Shown: positions 43,775 through 54,707, counted from the stretch's first letter. The stretch is 64,000 nucleotides of DNA from Hyphomicrobiales bacterium (GCA_965227875.1 OZ245783.1:4769929-4833928); one strand, 5' to 3'. Numbers and translations are program-made. The notes: generated by a model not told the origin, from the letters alone.

Positions 43775-45004
43775 ATGGAATTCGGCGATTGGGACGGATT
43801 GTGGATACATGCGGGCCTCGCCACCATGCAGCCGGGCGAGAAAGCTTATGGCGCCGTCGAAAACGCAGCGATCGCGGTCAAGGACGGCCGCATCGCATGG
43901 CTGGGTGGGATGGACGAATTGCCCGCACCGTCCGGCGAACTCGCCGAGGAGGTCCATGATGTCGGAGGACGCTGGATCACGCCAGGTCTCATAGACTGCC
44001 ACACCCACGTCGTGTTCGGCGGCAACCGTGCGGCCGAGTTCGAAATGCGTCTCGAAGGCGCGACCTACGAGGAGATCTCGCGCGCCGGCGGGGGGATCCG
44101 CTCGACCGTGACGGCAACCCGTTCGGCCAGCGAGTTCGAACTGGTCGCTTCCGCCCTGCCCCGCGTCGACCACCTTCTCGCGGAAGGCGTCACCACGCTC
44201 GAGATCAAGTCCGGCTATGGCCTGGATGTCGAAACCGAATGCCGGATGCTTTCCGCCGCGCGGCAGATCGGTCAGGAACGGAATGTATCCGTCGTTACAA
44301 GTTTTCTCGGCGCCCACGCCCTGCCGCCGGAATACGAAGGCCGCGATGACGACTACATCGACTTCGTATGTGCCGAGGCCCTGCCCGAAGTGGCGAGGCT
44401 CGGCCTCGCGGACGCCGTGGACGGTTTCAGCGAGGGCATCGCCTTCACCCCCGAACAGATGTCACGGGTCTTCGACAAGGCCAGGGAACTCGGCCTGCCC
44501 GTCAAGCTTCACGCCGAGCAGCTCAGCGATCTCAAGGGTGCCGTCATGGCCGCTTCCTATAGTGCTCTCTCCGCCGATCATCTGGAGTATCTTGCCGAAG
44601 ACGGCGTCAGGGCGATGGCCGATGCCGGCACTGTGGCCGTTCTCCTGCCGGGCGCGTTCTATTTCCTTCGCGAAACGCAGTTGCCGCCTCTGGACCTGCT
44701 GCGCGAGCATGGTGTTCCCATCGCACTGGCGACGGACTGCAACCCGGGCAGTTCGCCTGTCACGTCGCTTCTGCTGACGCTCAACATGGCCTGCACCCTC
44801 TTCAGGATGACGCCCGAGGAGACCCTGACCGCCGTGACGCGCAATGCAGCCCGCGCGCTTGGCCTGGACGACAGGGGCGTACTGGCGCCGGGACTTCGTG
44901 CCGACTTCGCGGTCTGGAGCATCGAGCGCCCGGGGGAACTCTCCTACCGTGTCGGCTTCAATCCGCTCTACCAGACCGTCTTCGGCGGAAAGGTGCGGAA
45001 CTGA
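43775..45004 (+). CDS. hutI: Imidazolonepropionase
   Basis: '[19 protein letters not shown]', 'KLHAEQLS', '[10 protein letters not shown]'. Confidence 0.93.
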   Translation: MEFGDWDGLWIHAGLATMQPGEKAYGAVENAAIAVKDGRIAWLGGMDELPAPSGELAEEVHDVGGRWITPGLIDCHTHVVFGGNRAAEFEMRLEGATYEEISRAGGGIRSTVTATRSASEFELVASALPRVDHLLAEGVTTLEIKSGYGLDVETECRMLSAARQIGQERNVSVVTSFLGAHALPPEYEGRDDDYIDFVCAEALPEVARLGLADAVDGFSEGIAFTPEQMSRVFDKARELGLPVKLHAEQLSDLKGAVMAASYSALSADHLEYLAEDGVRAMADAGTVAVLLPGAFYFLRETQLPPLDLLREHGVPIALATDCNPGSSPVTSLLLTLNMACTLFRMTPEETLTAVTRNAARALGLDDRGVLAPGLRADFAVWSIERPGELSYRVGFNPLYQTVFGGKVRN

Positions 45005-45807
45005 TGGGCGACATCTACGATTTCAAGCAGGGCAGCATTCCCCTGCTCGTCAGTTCGCCCCACTCGGGCACGAAGGTTCCCGACGCGATCATGGACCGTT
45101 TCACCGAGAAGGCGGCAGTGCTTCACGACACCGACTGGCATATTCCGGAACTCTACGATTTCACCGGGGAACTCGGCGCCAGCCGGATCGAGGCCCGTTA
45201 CAGCAGGTACGTGGTCGATCTCAACCGCCCGCCCGACGGGGCGAGCCTCTATCCCGGCCAGGCAACGACGGGCCTGTGCCCGGAAACGCTGTTCGACGGC
45301 GACCCCATTTACCGCGACGGCCAGGCGCCGGACGGTGAGGAGATCGCTTCGCGGGTCGAAACCTACTGGCGGCCCTATCACGACTGCATAGCGCGCGAAC
45401 TGGCCCGCCTGCGCGACAGGTTCGGTTATGCCCTGCTCTATGACTGCCACTCCATTCGCTCGGTCATCCCCCGCCTTTTCGACGGCCGTCTCCCGACACT
45501 CAACCTCGGCACCAACGCCGGGCAGAGCTGCGATGAGCGTATCGAAACGCATATCGCGCGTGTGATGTCGGAATCGCCCTACAGCCAGGTGGTCAACGGA
45601 CGCTTCCGCGGGGGATACATCACCCGGCAGTACGGTCGACCGGACAAGGGCGTACATGCGATCCAGATGGAACTGACCCAGGCCGACTACATGCTCGAGG
45701 AGCCTCCCTACACCTACCTGCCGGACCGTGCGGACGGTCTGAAAACGACTTTGAAACAGGTCGTTACGGAGTTTACCAAGATCGCGAAAACTTTGATCGC
45801 AAAGTAA
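45004..45807 (+). CDS. hutG: N-formylglutamate amidohydrolase
   Basis: 'PLLVSSPHSGTKVPD', 'DTDWHIPELY', 'YALLYDCHSI'. Overlaps the hutI stop by 1 nt. Confidence 0.88.
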   Translation: MGDIYDFKQGSIPLLVSSPHSGTKVPDAIMDRFTEKAAVLHDTDWHIPELYDFTGELGASRIEARYSRYVVDLNRPPDGASLYPGQATTGLCPETLFDGDPIYRDGQAPDGEEIASRVETYWRPYHDCIARELARLRDRFGYALLYDCHSIRSVIPRLFDGRLPTLNLGTNAGQSCDERIETHIARVMSESPYSQVVNGRFRGGYITRQYGRPDKGVHAIQMELTQADYMLEEPPYTYLPDRADGLKTTLKQVVTEFTKIAKTLIAK

Positions 45808-45880
45808 AAACTCCCCCAATTGGCCGGGATAGATGCTATCCCCTACCTGTTGCGTAATCAGAAGTACGGAGCGAGTAGGC

Positions 45881-46915
45881 ATGAAACCGCTTTTGCCCGG
45901 CACCAGGTACGAATGGTCCGTGAGTCCGACAGCGGGAGATACAGCTTCGGCCATCGGCAATGACGGCGTCGATGTCGTCTCGACCCCCGCGACGATCGGC
46001 TTTCTCGAAATGACCTGCCACAACATGCTGTCGGATGCCTTCGACCCCGGCGAGGCAAGCGTCGGCATCGCGGTCGACATCCGGCATCGCGCAGCGGCCT
46101 TTCCCGGCACGGACCTGAACTGCACCGCGGAACTGCTTTCCGTCGATGGCGTCCGATACGCTTTCGCGGTCGAGGCCCGCCAGGACGGTCGGCTCATCAT
46201 GGACGGCCGGCACGAACGTGCCATCGTCCACCTTGAGGATTTCCTGCAGACGAAACCCGGAGACCGGCCGGCCGGCGGGGAACCATCCGCCGGTGGCGAA
46301 CAGGAACCGATCCGGTTCTGGTTCGACATCCAGAGCCCGTGGTCCTATCTCGCCGCCACGCGCATCGATGCGATTGCAAGACGTGCCCGCAGGAAGGTCG
46401 ACTGGATGCCGTTTTCCCTGCCACGGGTCGTCGCCGCCATCAACGGCCGCCGACCGCTGGAGGAAAGCCCGGCCTTTGTCGACTGGTACAACCGGGATCT
46501 GCAGGACTGGGCGGACATGGAAGGCCTCGAAATCGCCTTCCATCCCGAATACCCGTTACGCAATTCCCGCGCGCTGCGCGTCTGCCTCATGGCCAAGGAT
46601 CATGGCTGCGTGCAGGACTTCGCGCTGAAACTGTTCAACGCCTATTGGGGCGAAGCATGCGACATTACCGATCCCGCCCTGCTCGGCAGGCTGGCCGAGG
46701 AATGCGGTCTGGACCCTGAAGCGGCGCAGGCCGCGGCGGTCTGCCCGGAGCACAAGAGCCGCATCGAACGGAACAACGCGTTGGCGATCGAGCGCGGCGT
46801 GTTCGGCGCTCCCACCATGGAGTGCGATGGCCGGCTGTTCTTCGGCAATGACCGCCTCGCCATGCTCGAACGCCATCTCAGCCGGCGCACCCGCACGGCT
46901 GCCACCGACGTCTGA
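45881..46915 (+). CDS. Fusion: hotdog-fold thioesterase-like domain + 2-hydroxychromene-2-carboxylate isomerase/DsbA-like domain
   Basis: N-terminal 'TPATIGFLEMTCHNML...VGIAVDIRHRAAAFPG...' is fluoroacetyl-CoA-thioesterase-like. C-terminal 'IRFWFDIQSPWSYLA...VFGAPTMECDGRLFFGNDRL' is the HCCA-isomerase/DsbA family. Confidence 0.65.
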   Translation: MKPLLPGTRYEWSVSPTAGDTASAIGNDGVDVVSTPATIGFLEMTCHNMLSDAFDPGEASVGIAVDIRHRAAAFPGTDLNCTAELLSVDGVRYAFAVEARQDGRLIMDGRHERAIVHLEDFLQTKPGDRPAGGEPSAGGEQEPIRFWFDIQSPWSYLAATRIDAIARRARRKVDWMPFSLPRVVAAINGRRPLEESPAFVDWYNRDLQDWADMEGLEIAFHPEYPLRNSRALRVCLMAKDHGCVQDFALKLFNAYWGEACDITDPALLGRLAEECGLDPEAAQAAAVCPEHKSRIERNNALAIERGVFGAPTMECDGRLFFGNDRLAMLERHLSRRTRTAATDV

Positions 46916-46936
46916 GCGAGGCTTGCCGTAGGGTCG

Positions 46937-47782
46937 TCAGCCCGCCGTGGCCTTCTCGACATAGAGTTCGCGAAGTCGCCGTGCGATCGGCCCAGGCTGC
47001 CCGCCCCCGATACGCCGGCCGTCGATCTCCACGACGGGCGCCACCAGCGTCGACGCCGATGTCACGAAAGCCTCCTGCGCGGCATAGGCCTCCTCCGGCG
47101 TGAACGCGCGCTCCTCGAGTTCGAGATCCAGCTCCGCGAGCAGGTCCATGATCGCCAGGCGCGTCACACCCGGCAGCACGCTCGTACTGAGTTCTCGCGT
47201 GACCAGCGTGCCGTCTTCGTTGACGATGAACGCCGTCGATGACGTGCCTTCGGTGATCTTGCCGTCCTCGACCATCCAGCCTTCGAACGCGCCCTGCTCT
47301 TTGGCGGCCTGCTTGCCCAGAACCTGCGCCAGCAAGGCGACGCTCTTGATGTCCCGGCGCGCCCAGCGGATTTCGGGAACGGTCACCACCTTGACGCCGG
47401 TCCGCGCCATGTCGGGGTTCCGGAGTTCCTTCTTCTGCGTGAACGCAACTACGGTTGCGTCCACCCCTTCGGGGAACGTGAAATCCCGGTCCGCGGCGCC
47501 ACGCGTGACCTGAAGATAGACCATTCCGTCCTGCAGGGAATTGCGTTCCACAAGCTCCTCGTGGAGCTTTTTCAGCGCCGCACGGTCCATGCCGGACGTG
47601 ATCTGCAGTTCGCCAAGGCATCTCTCCAGCCGGTCGCAATGCCTCTCGAAGTCGACGAGCCTGCCGTCGAGCACCGCGGTCACTTCGTAGATGCCGTCAG
47701 CAAACAGGAAGCCCCGGTCGAATATCGAAATACTGGCCTCGTTTTCCGGTACATACCGGCCATTGACATAAACCGTCCTCAT
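46937..47782 (-). CDS. Class IV aminotransferase (D-amino-acid/branched-chain type)
   Basis: 'MRTVYVNGRYVPENEASISIFDRGFLFADGIYEV', 'RRDIKSVALL', 'LPGVTR'. Confidence 0.85.
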   Translation of the reverse strand: MRTVYVNGRYVPENEASISIFDRGFLFADGIYEVTAVLDGRLVDFERHCDRLERCLGELQITSGMDRAALKKLHEELVERNSLQDGMVYLQVTRGAADRDFTFPEGVDATVVAFTQKKELRNPDMARTGVKVVTVPEIRWARRDIKSVALLAQVLGKQAAKEQGAFEGWMVEDGKITEGTSSTAFIVNEDGTLVTRELSTSVLPGVTRLAIMDLLAELDLELEERAFTPEEAYAAQEAFVTSASTLVAPVVEIDGRRIGGGQPGPIARRLRELYVEKATAG

Positions 47783-47972
47783 GACGACACACCCCTGGAA
47801 AGTCGTAAAATCCGCTAAGTCGCTGCTTGAGCGCCGCAAGCCGGCGTCTTATCCGCCGGCGGCGTGAATTGCAACAATACCGTTCCGCGCCAAATACGCC
47901 GCATTGAAGTCTTGCCGGCTTTACGAAATAGTCCCGAAACGCTTTTCGACCGCCAGGCGACAACAAAGAACA

Positions 47973-48938
47973 ATGAAACTGCCCCGTTCCTTCGATCTGC
48001 GGTCCCTGTCGGTCTTCACCGCCGTCAAGGAAGCCGGCAGCATGACGGCAGCCGCCGACCGGCTGGGCATGACGCAATCCGCGGTATCGCAGGCGATCCA
48101 CGCCATGGAAGACGGCCTCGGCGTGACCCTCGTCGACCGGACGGTCCGGCCGCTGGCCCTGACGCCCTCCGGCCGCATCCTCTATGACCGCGCGTCCAAC
48201 ATTCTCGCGGAAGCCGACAGTGCGGTGGATCTTGTGCGCAATGCCGCCGATACGCTGCCCCCGTTTCTCAGCATCGCCATGATCGACTCGTTCGTGTCCG
48301 TCGTCGGCCCGCATATCTTTCCCGCTTTCGGCCGCATCGCACAGCATTGCCGGGTCTGGTCGGGCCTTTCACCGATGCTGATTGACCATTTCGCATCGCG
48401 CCGCGTCGATATCATCATCACGACCGGCGAAACGCTTCCCGACAGCCTCGCGGCGACCAGCTACGATCTGCTGATCGAACCCTACCTGCTCGCGCTGCCC
48501 AGGCGATATGACGGACCGCTCGACGATCTGGCCGCCCTCGCAAGGGATTTCGACATCATCCGGTTCTCGGAACGGTCCAATATCGGCCGGGACATCGAAC
48601 AGCACCTGAGGCGCCTGCGACTGCAACCTCCGCACCGGATGGAATTCGACTTTTCCGATTCCGTTCTGTCGATGGTCGGCAACGGCGCGGGATGGGCGAT
48701 CGCCACGCCGCTTTGCTGCCTCCAGAGCGCGCCTTACCTTCAGGACGTCCGCCTCGCACCGCTTCCCGGCCCCGGTCTGAACCGACGCGTGACCCTGCAG
48801 GTCCGGGACCCCCAGTTTGCAGAAGCTGCACGCATGATTGCGGAAGAATGCCGCCATGTACTGAATGAAGTGCTGGTCCCCAGATTCCTAGCGGAAGCGC
48901 CGTGGTGCGGCGACATGATCACGGTGGGACCGACCTGA
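47973..48938 (+). CDS. LysR-family transcriptional regulator
   Basis: 'LRSLSVFTAVKEAGSMTAAADRLGMTQSAVSQAIHAMEDGLGVTLVDR' is the wHTH. ATG at 47973; the ORF is open from 47904. Confidence 0.88.
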   Translation: MKLPRSFDLRSLSVFTAVKEAGSMTAAADRLGMTQSAVSQAIHAMEDGLGVTLVDRTVRPLALTPSGRILYDRASNILAEADSAVDLVRNAADTLPPFLSIAMIDSFVSVVGPHIFPAFGRIAQHCRVWSGLSPMLIDHFASRRVDIIITTGETLPDSLAATSYDLLIEPYLLALPRRYDGPLDDLAALARDFDIIRFSERSNIGRDIEQHLRRLRLQPPHRMEFDFSDSVLSMVGNGAGWAIATPLCCLQSAPYLQDVRLAPLPGPGLNRRVTLQVRDPQFAEAARMIAEECRHVLNEVLVPRFLAEAPWCGDMITVGPT

Positions 48939-49074
48939 TCGCGCAAGCCCGCCGCTTGCATCGAATTAGCCGTCCTAATACACATCCGAAAATTGTCTTA
49001 TAGCTCCAAATTCCGCTACATGTCGGCAAGGGGCCACACTATTGTCTGCCGCCAGCAATTCACGGAGGCTTTCC

Positions 49075-50337
49075 ATGCCGATCAGCGGCTATTCCGGTTT
49101 TCAGCTTCTGCGCCATGCCCTGACCGGGCACAGGAACTGGCCGCGCGCGTGGCGTGACCCCGAGCCCCGCGAGCAGTACAAGGTGATCATCGTCGGCGCC
49201 GGCGGACACGGGCTCGCCACCGCGTACTACCTCGCCAAGGAACACGGCATCTCGGACATCGCCGTGCTCGAGAAAGGCTGGCTCGGCGGCGGCAACACCG
49301 GCCGCAACACCACCATCGTGCGATCCAATTACATGATGCCCGGTAACACGCTTTTCTACGAAAAGGCCATGAAGCTGTGGGAGGAACTCAGCCGCGACCT
49401 CAACTACAACGTCATGTTCTCCCAGCGCGGCATCATCAACCTCGCCCACTCCGACGCGCAGATGGACTCCTACGCCCTGCGCGGCAACACGATGCGCCAG
49501 AACGGCATCGACGCCGAACTGCTCACGCGTGAGGACGTCCGGCAACAAATTCCCGAACTCGACTTTTCCGACAATGCCCGCTTTCCGATTCATGGCGGCC
49601 TGTGCCAGCCGCGCGCGGGGACGGCACGCCACGACGCGGTGGCCTGGGGATACGCCCGCGCCGCCGACCGGCTCGGGGTGGACATCATTCAGCAGTGCGA
49701 GGTGACCGGCTTCCTGAGAGACAAGGACCGCATCGTCGGTGTCGAGACGACCAGAGGGCCGATCAAGGCGGGAAAGGTCGGGCTCGCCGTTGCCGGAAGC
49801 ACCGGCCTCCTCGCGGAAAAGGCGGGCCTGCGCCTGCCTATCGAGAGCCATGTTCTCCAGGCGTTCGTGTCCGAACCGCTCAAGCCGCTCGTCGACACGG
49901 TGATCACCTTCGGAGCCGGCCATTTCTACATCAGCCAGTCCGACAAGGGCGGTCTTGTCTTCGGTGGCGACATCGACGGCTATAACTCCTATGCCCAGCG
50001 CGGCAACCTGCCCGTGTTCGAGGATGTCATTAGCAGCGGTATGGCGCTCATGCCGTGTCTCTCCCGGCTGCGCCTGCTGCGGAACTGGGGCGGGATCATG
50101 GACATGTCGATGGACGGGAGCCCCATAATCTGCAAGTCGCCGATCGAAGGCCTCTATCTCAACACCGGCTGGTGCTACGGCGGGTTCAAGGCGACACCCG
50201 GTTCCGGCTGGTGTTTCGCCCACACGATCGCAAACGACCGGCCGCACGACCTCAACGCCCGTTTCACCCTCGACCGGTTCGAGCGCGGCTACCAGATTGA
50301 CGAAAAAGGCGCGGGCCCCGTGCCGAACGCTCACTGA
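49075..50337 (+). CDS. soxB: Sarcosine oxidase subunit beta
   Basis: 'FQLLRHALTGHRNWPRAWRDPEP...YKVIIVGAGGHGLATAYYLAKEHG'. An alternative ATG is at 49042. Confidence 0.92.
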   Translation: MPISGYSGFQLLRHALTGHRNWPRAWRDPEPREQYKVIIVGAGGHGLATAYYLAKEHGISDIAVLEKGWLGGGNTGRNTTIVRSNYMMPGNTLFYEKAMKLWEELSRDLNYNVMFSQRGIINLAHSDAQMDSYALRGNTMRQNGIDAELLTREDVRQQIPELDFSDNARFPIHGGLCQPRAGTARHDAVAWGYARAADRLGVDIIQQCEVTGFLRDKDRIVGVETTRGPIKAGKVGLAVAGSTGLLAEKAGLRLPIESHVLQAFVSEPLKPLVDTVITFGAGHFYISQSDKGGLVFGGDIDGYNSYAQRGNLPVFEDVISSGMALMPCLSRLRLLRNWGGIMDMSMDGSPIICKSPIEGLYLNTGWCYGGFKATPGSGWCFAHTIANDRPHDLNARFTLDRFERGYQIDEKGAGPVPNAH

Positions 50338-50349
50338 GGGATCGCTGCA

Positions 50350-50643
50350 ATGATACTGATCGACTGCCCTCACTGCGGTCTCCGCGACCAGACGGAATTC
50401 ACCTACGGCGGGGACGCGACGCGCTCCTTCCCGGGCCTCGACTGCACCGACATGGACACCTGGAACGAGTATGTGTTCCTGCGCGACAATCCGCGCGGGC
50501 GCCACAGCGAATACTGGCAGCACACGCAGGGTTGCCGCAGGTTCCTCAGGGTGGAAAGGGATACGGCGACGCACGAAATTCATTCGGTGACGGATGCCGC
50601 CGGCGCGCCCTCCGCCCGTGGAAAGGAGCAGCCGGATGACTGA
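50350..50643 (+). CDS. soxD: Sarcosine oxidase subunit delta
   Basis: 'MILIDCPHCGLRDQTEFTYGGDA...' is a Zn-ribbon Cys/His pattern. 97 aa. Confidence 0.9.
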   Translation: MILIDCPHCGLRDQTEFTYGGDATRSFPGLDCTDMDTWNEYVFLRDNPRGRHSEYWQHTQGCRRFLRVERDTATHEIHSVTDAAGAPSARGKEQPDD

Positions 50644-53629
50644 CCAGTCCCATCGTCTCGAACAGGGCGGCCTGATCGATCGCGACCAGCCGCTCCGGTT
50701 CACGTTCGACGGAAAGTCCTATGTCGGCTACCAGGGCGACACCCTCGCCTCGGCCCTTCTCGCCAATGGCGTGAAACTCGTCGGCCGCAGCTTCAAGTAT
50801 CACCGCCCCAGGGGGATCTACACGGCCGGGTCCGAGGAACCCAATGCCCTCGTGACCTTGCGGAGCGGCGCCAGATCCGAGCCCAATACGCGTGCGACAG
50901 TCGTCGAGCTGTATGACGGGCTCGTCGCGAGCAGCCAGAACCGCTGGCCCAGCCTCAACTTCGACCTGCTGTCGATCAACTCGCGGTTTTCCTCCCTACT
51001 GCCCGCGGGATTCTACTACAAGACCTTCATCTGGCCCGGCCAGAAAGGCTGGATGTTCTACGAGAAATTCATACGCCGCGCGGCAGGGCTCGGCGTGGCG
51101 TCGCGCGAACCTGATCCAGACCGTTACGAGAAATGCCACGCTTTCTGCGATGTCCTGGTGGTCGGCGCCGGGCCGGCCGGACTGGCCGCCGCACTGGCCG
51201 CGGGCCGCAGCGGCGCGCGGGTGCTCCTCGTCGACGAGAACCCGATCGTCGGCGGCTCGATGCTGCACGATACCCAGGATATCGACGGCCGCAGTCCGGT
51301 CGAGCTCTCCATAGATATCGGCCAGCAGCTCGCGGAACTGGACAATGTCCGCATCATGACCCGGACGACGGCCTACGGACTATTCGACAGCAACGTCGTG
51401 GGCATGATCGAACACCTGGAGGACGACAAACCCGTCCCCGATGCCCACATGCCCCGCCAGCGGAGCTGGATCGTGCGGGCCAGGCGCATCGTCTTCGCGA
51501 CAGGCGCCATCGAGCGTCCGCTGGTCTTCGGCAACAACGACCTCCCCGGCATCATGCTGGCCCAGGCTGCGCGGCGCTATGTCAACCAGTACGGCGTCCG
51601 GGTAGCGAAACGCGTGGTGTTCTTCACCAACAACGACAGCGTCTACGAGACCGCGATCGACTTTGTCGAGGCCGGCATCGAAGTGGCCGCCATCATCGAC
51701 GCACGCGCCTCATTGCCCTCGCACCTGTCCGATTTCAAGGACCGTTTCGGCGTCAATGTCGTGCGCGGCCACGTCGTGACGAAGGCCCGAGGCGGCAAGG
51801 AACTCCGCTCGGTCGAAATCGCCGCCCTGTCGGCCGACGGCACGGTCTCCTCCCCCAAGAAGGTCAGCTGCGACCTGTTGTGCGTCTCCGGCGGATGGGC
51901 GCCCAACGTTCACCTTCACAGCCATCTCGGCGGCCGCCCGGTGTTCGACGACGCCCTGTTGACCTTCGTCGCGCCCGAGGACGCCAATGGCCGGTTCAGT
52001 GCAGGCGCGGTAGCCGGCCGCTGGGAACTAGGCGAATGCCTGAACATGGGTCTGGACGCGGGCCAAGCGGCGGCGGCGTCTTGCGGTCTCCCGGCCGAGG
52101 AACTGGCGCGCTACGAATCCGACGGCCCCGACACCGGCAATACGCTGGCGCTGTGGGAGGTTCCCGCACGCGGCCGCACCAAGAAGTTCGTGGACATTCA
52201 GGACGATGTCGCGGCAAGCGACGTGGCGCTCGCCAGCAGCGAGGGATACAGGTCCGTCGAGCATCTCAAGCGCTATACGACGCTCGGCATGGGGACCGAC
52301 CAGGGCAAGACGTCGAACATCAACGGCCTCGCGATACTGGCCCAGAAACGCGGCGAGACGATCCCCGCGGTGGGCACGACCACTTTCCGCCCCCCTTACG
52401 TCCCGGTCGCGCTGGGCGCCATCGCCGGCGAGGAAACCGGACGCCACTTCCGTCCGACGAGGCTCTCGCCCATCCACGGGTGGCACGAACGCCATGGCGC
52501 CGTGTGGATCACGGCCGGCGCATGGCTTCGCCCGCGATATTACCCGCGCGGCAGCGAAAGCCTGACCGACGGGTACATCCGCGAAATGAAACACGTTCGC
52601 GAGAAGGTCGGCATGGTGGACGTTTCGACGCTGGGCAAGATCGATATCCAGGGACCGGATGCCGGAGAATTCCTCAACAGGATTTACGTCAACGGATTCG
52701 GGAAACTGCCGGTCGGCAAGGCCCGATACGGGATCATGCTGCGTGAAGACGGCATCGTCAATGACGACGGAACCACCTCGCGGCTGTCCGAAAACCACTA
52801 TTTCATGACCACCACGACGGCCAATGCCGCCGGCGTCATGGCGAAACTCGAATACTACCTCCAGGTCATCTGGCCGGACCTGAAGGTGGACGTCACGTCC
52901 GTGACGGAACAGTGGGCGGGGATGGCGATCTCCGGTCCGAGATCGCGTGACGTGTTGTCCGGCGTTCTCGACGGCAACGCGCTCGATAACGAGAGCCTGC
53001 CCTTCATGGGCGTGGCCCGCGGAAGGCTCGACGGCGCACCGGTCATGATCCTGCGCATCAGTTTCTCGGGCGAACTGGCCTACGAGCTCTATACCCCTTC
53101 CGGTTTCGGGGAAGCCGTATGGGCCCGGATCATGGAAGCGGGCGCCACCCACGAGATCATTCCCTACGGCACGGAGGCGCTTGGCGCCATGCGCATCGAA
53201 AAGGGCCACGTGGCAGGGCCCGAACTCGACGGCCGCACCACGCTCGAGGATCTCGGCCTCGAAAAGATGGCAAGCCGCAGGAAACCGTTCATCGGCAACG
53301 TCCTGCGGATGCGCGAAGGCCTGCAGGCGGCCAACCGGGAACGTCTCGTCGGGCTTCGTCCCCTTTCGAAAAACGAAAAACTCCGTCAGGGCGCGCTCGT
53401 CGTGGAGCAGGACGCCGCGCACATGGACAGCTACAGCATCGGCAAGGTCACATCGACCACCTTCAGCCCCGCCGCCGGTCAGGACGTCGCGCTCGGCCTC
53501 GTCCGCGGAGGCAAGTCGAGGATCGGCGATGTCGTCGACGTGATCTATCCCTTGCGCGACGAACGCGTGGCGGCGGAGATCGTCGATCCGGTGTTTTACG
53601 ACAAAGACGGAGACAGGCTCCATGCTTGA
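50636..53629 (+). CDS. soxA: Sarcosine oxidase subunit alpha
   Basis: AAAGGAG SD. 'FTFDGKSYVGYQGDTLASALLANGV', 'DVLVVGAGPAGLAAAL', and a C-terminal GcvT-like folate-binding domain. Confidence 0.92.
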   Translation: MTDQSHRLEQGGLIDRDQPLRFTFDGKSYVGYQGDTLASALLANGVKLVGRSFKYHRPRGIYTAGSEEPNALVTLRSGARSEPNTRATVVELYDGLVASSQNRWPSLNFDLLSINSRFSSLLPAGFYYKTFIWPGQKGWMFYEKFIRRAAGLGVASREPDPDRYEKCHAFCDVLVVGAGPAGLAAALAAGRSGARVLLVDENPIVGGSMLHDTQDIDGRSPVELSIDIGQQLAELDNVRIMTRTTAYGLFDSNVVGMIEHLEDDKPVPDAHMPRQRSWIVRARRIVFATGAIERPLVFGNNDLPGIMLAQAARRYVNQYGVRVAKRVVFFTNNDSVYETAIDFVEAGIEVAAIIDARASLPSHLSDFKDRFGVNVVRGHVVTKARGGKELRSVEIAALSADGTVSSPKKVSCDLLCVSGGWAPNVHLHSHLGGRPVFDDALLTFVAPEDANGRFSAGAVAGRWELGECLNMGLDAGQAAAASCGLPAEELARYESDGPDTGNTLALWEVPARGRTKKFVDIQDDVAASDVALASSEGYRSVEHLKRYTTLGMGTDQGKTSNINGLAILAQKRGETIPAVGTTTFRPPYVPVALGAIAGEETGRHFRPTRLSPIHGWHERHGAVWITAGAWLRPRYYPRGSESLTDGYIREMKHVREKVGMVDVSTLGKIDIQGPDAGEFLNRIYVNGFGKLPVGKARYGIMLREDGIVNDDGTTSRLSENHYFMTTTTANAAGVMAKLEYYLQVIWPDLKVDVTSVTEQWAGMAISGPRSRDVLSGVLDGNALDNESLPFMGVARGRLDGAPVMILRISFSGELAYELYTPSGFGEAVWARIMEAGATHEIIPYGTEALGAMRIEKGHVAGPELDGRTTLEDLGLEKMASRRKPFIGNVLRMREGLQAANRERLVGLRPLSKNEKLRQGALVVEQDAAHMDSYSIGKVTSTTFSPAAGQDVALGLVRGGKSRIGDVVDVIYPLRDERVAAEIVDPVFYDKDGDRLHA

Positions 53630-54215
53630 GCGCGCCTCTGCCCTCACCAACATCATCAAGCCCGGTCGATACGGGAACCCGGCGCCCGAGGCGACGCCGA
53701 TCCTCATCGCGGAAATGTACGGCCGGCGCATCACGCAGGTCACGGCATGGCCCGACACGCTGCAGGCTGTGCAGGGTGCCATCTCGGACGCTTGCGGCGT
53801 ACCGTGCCCCGCGGAATGCGGCAGGGCGGAGACGCTCGACCGTAAATCGGTCGTTCGGCTGGGCCCTTATCGCTACTGGATCATCGCCGATCGCGAAAGC
53901 CAGCCGGAACTGTCCGGATTGGGCGCGGAAACCGCAGCTGTCGTCGACCTGACGGACAGCAGGACCGTCCTCCGCATACAGGGCAACTGGCCCAGGAAGA
54001 TCCTTGCGAAGGGATTTCCCGTCGATACCCACCCCAGCGTATTCCCGGTCGGATCGATGGCCCAGGGCGCAATCGGCCATGTCGGCGTGCTCGTCCACTA
54101 CGTCTCGGCCGGATCCGGCGACATGTTCGATATCTACGTCGCGTCCGGTTTCGCCCGCTCCTTCTGGGACTGGCTGACGACGGCAAGCCTCGAGTTCGGC
54201 TACGAAATCGCCTGA
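53622..54215 (+). CDS. soxG: Sarcosine oxidase subunit gamma
   Basis: Overlaps the soxA stop. Its size and position complete the soxBDAG order. Confidence 0.85.
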   Translation: MLERASALTNIIKPGRYGNPAPEATPILIAEMYGRRITQVTAWPDTLQAVQGAISDACGVPCPAECGRAETLDRKSVVRLGPYRYWIIADRESQPELSGLGAETAAVVDLTDSRTVLRIQGNWPRKILAKGFPVDTHPSVFPVGSMAQGAIGHVGVLVHYVSAGSGDMFDIYVASGFARSFWDWLTTASLEFGYEIA

Positions 54216-54410
54216 GCGGCACTCCAGGGTTTTCGTTCGTTGCGGACCTGTCCGCCTGCGTGTGCCTGTGGCGACAATGTCCCACAGCCGAACTAATTTG
54301 CCGGAACCGGCCAGTTTTGTATTAACCAACGGCGTTTTTCTGCTAACAATCACACACTAAAGGCATTTTTGGGCGAATCAGTCGCCGGACAGAACAACGG
54401 ATACCGGATT

Positions 54411-54707
54411 ATGAAACTTATCGCGTCAACGGCATTTCTCGCGCTGGGGTTGTCCATGTTCAGCGTTGGCGCATCGGCTCCGGTGTCTGCGGAAGAGTAT
54501 TTCATTCCGATGGGCAAGGCGTATTCGCCAAGCCAGAACCGGTTGCCGAAGTCCTATTCGAGGCAGTCGCGGGTCTACAAGCAGACCGACATTCTCGAAA
54601 CCGAGATCTACCGCCGCAAGCAGGCCGACAAGGCGTTTTTCGAACACTTCCGGACCTTCATCGACCGGGACCTGTTCTATCCCGGCCGGTCCTATTCGGA
54701 CTACTGA
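54411..54707 (+). CDS. Hypothetical small secreted protein
   Basis: Signal 'MKLIASTAFLALGLSMFSVGASAPVSA'. Lower G+C. No family recognised. Confidence 0.5.
   Translation: MKLIASTAFLALGLSMFSVGASAPVSAEEYFIPMGKAYSPSQNRLPKSYSRQSRVYKQTDILETEIYRRKQADKAFFEHFRTFIDRDLFYPGRSYSDY

Noticed and set aside
45826-45842. Hairpin GGGATA-gatgc-TATCCC after hutG as a terminator
   Set aside because: It has a 6-bp stem and no U-tract, and the next gene follows on the same strand. That is too weak to call.
49060-50703. 547-aa ORF antisense to soxB/soxD
   Set aside because: It is a shadow ORF typical of high-G+C DNA. It is Arg/Gly/Ala/Pro-rich with no motifs, and it lies fully opposite a gene with unambiguous SoxB motifs.
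52028-53782. 584-aa ORF antisense to soxA
   Set aside because: Same reasoning. SoxA on the plus strand is unambiguous.
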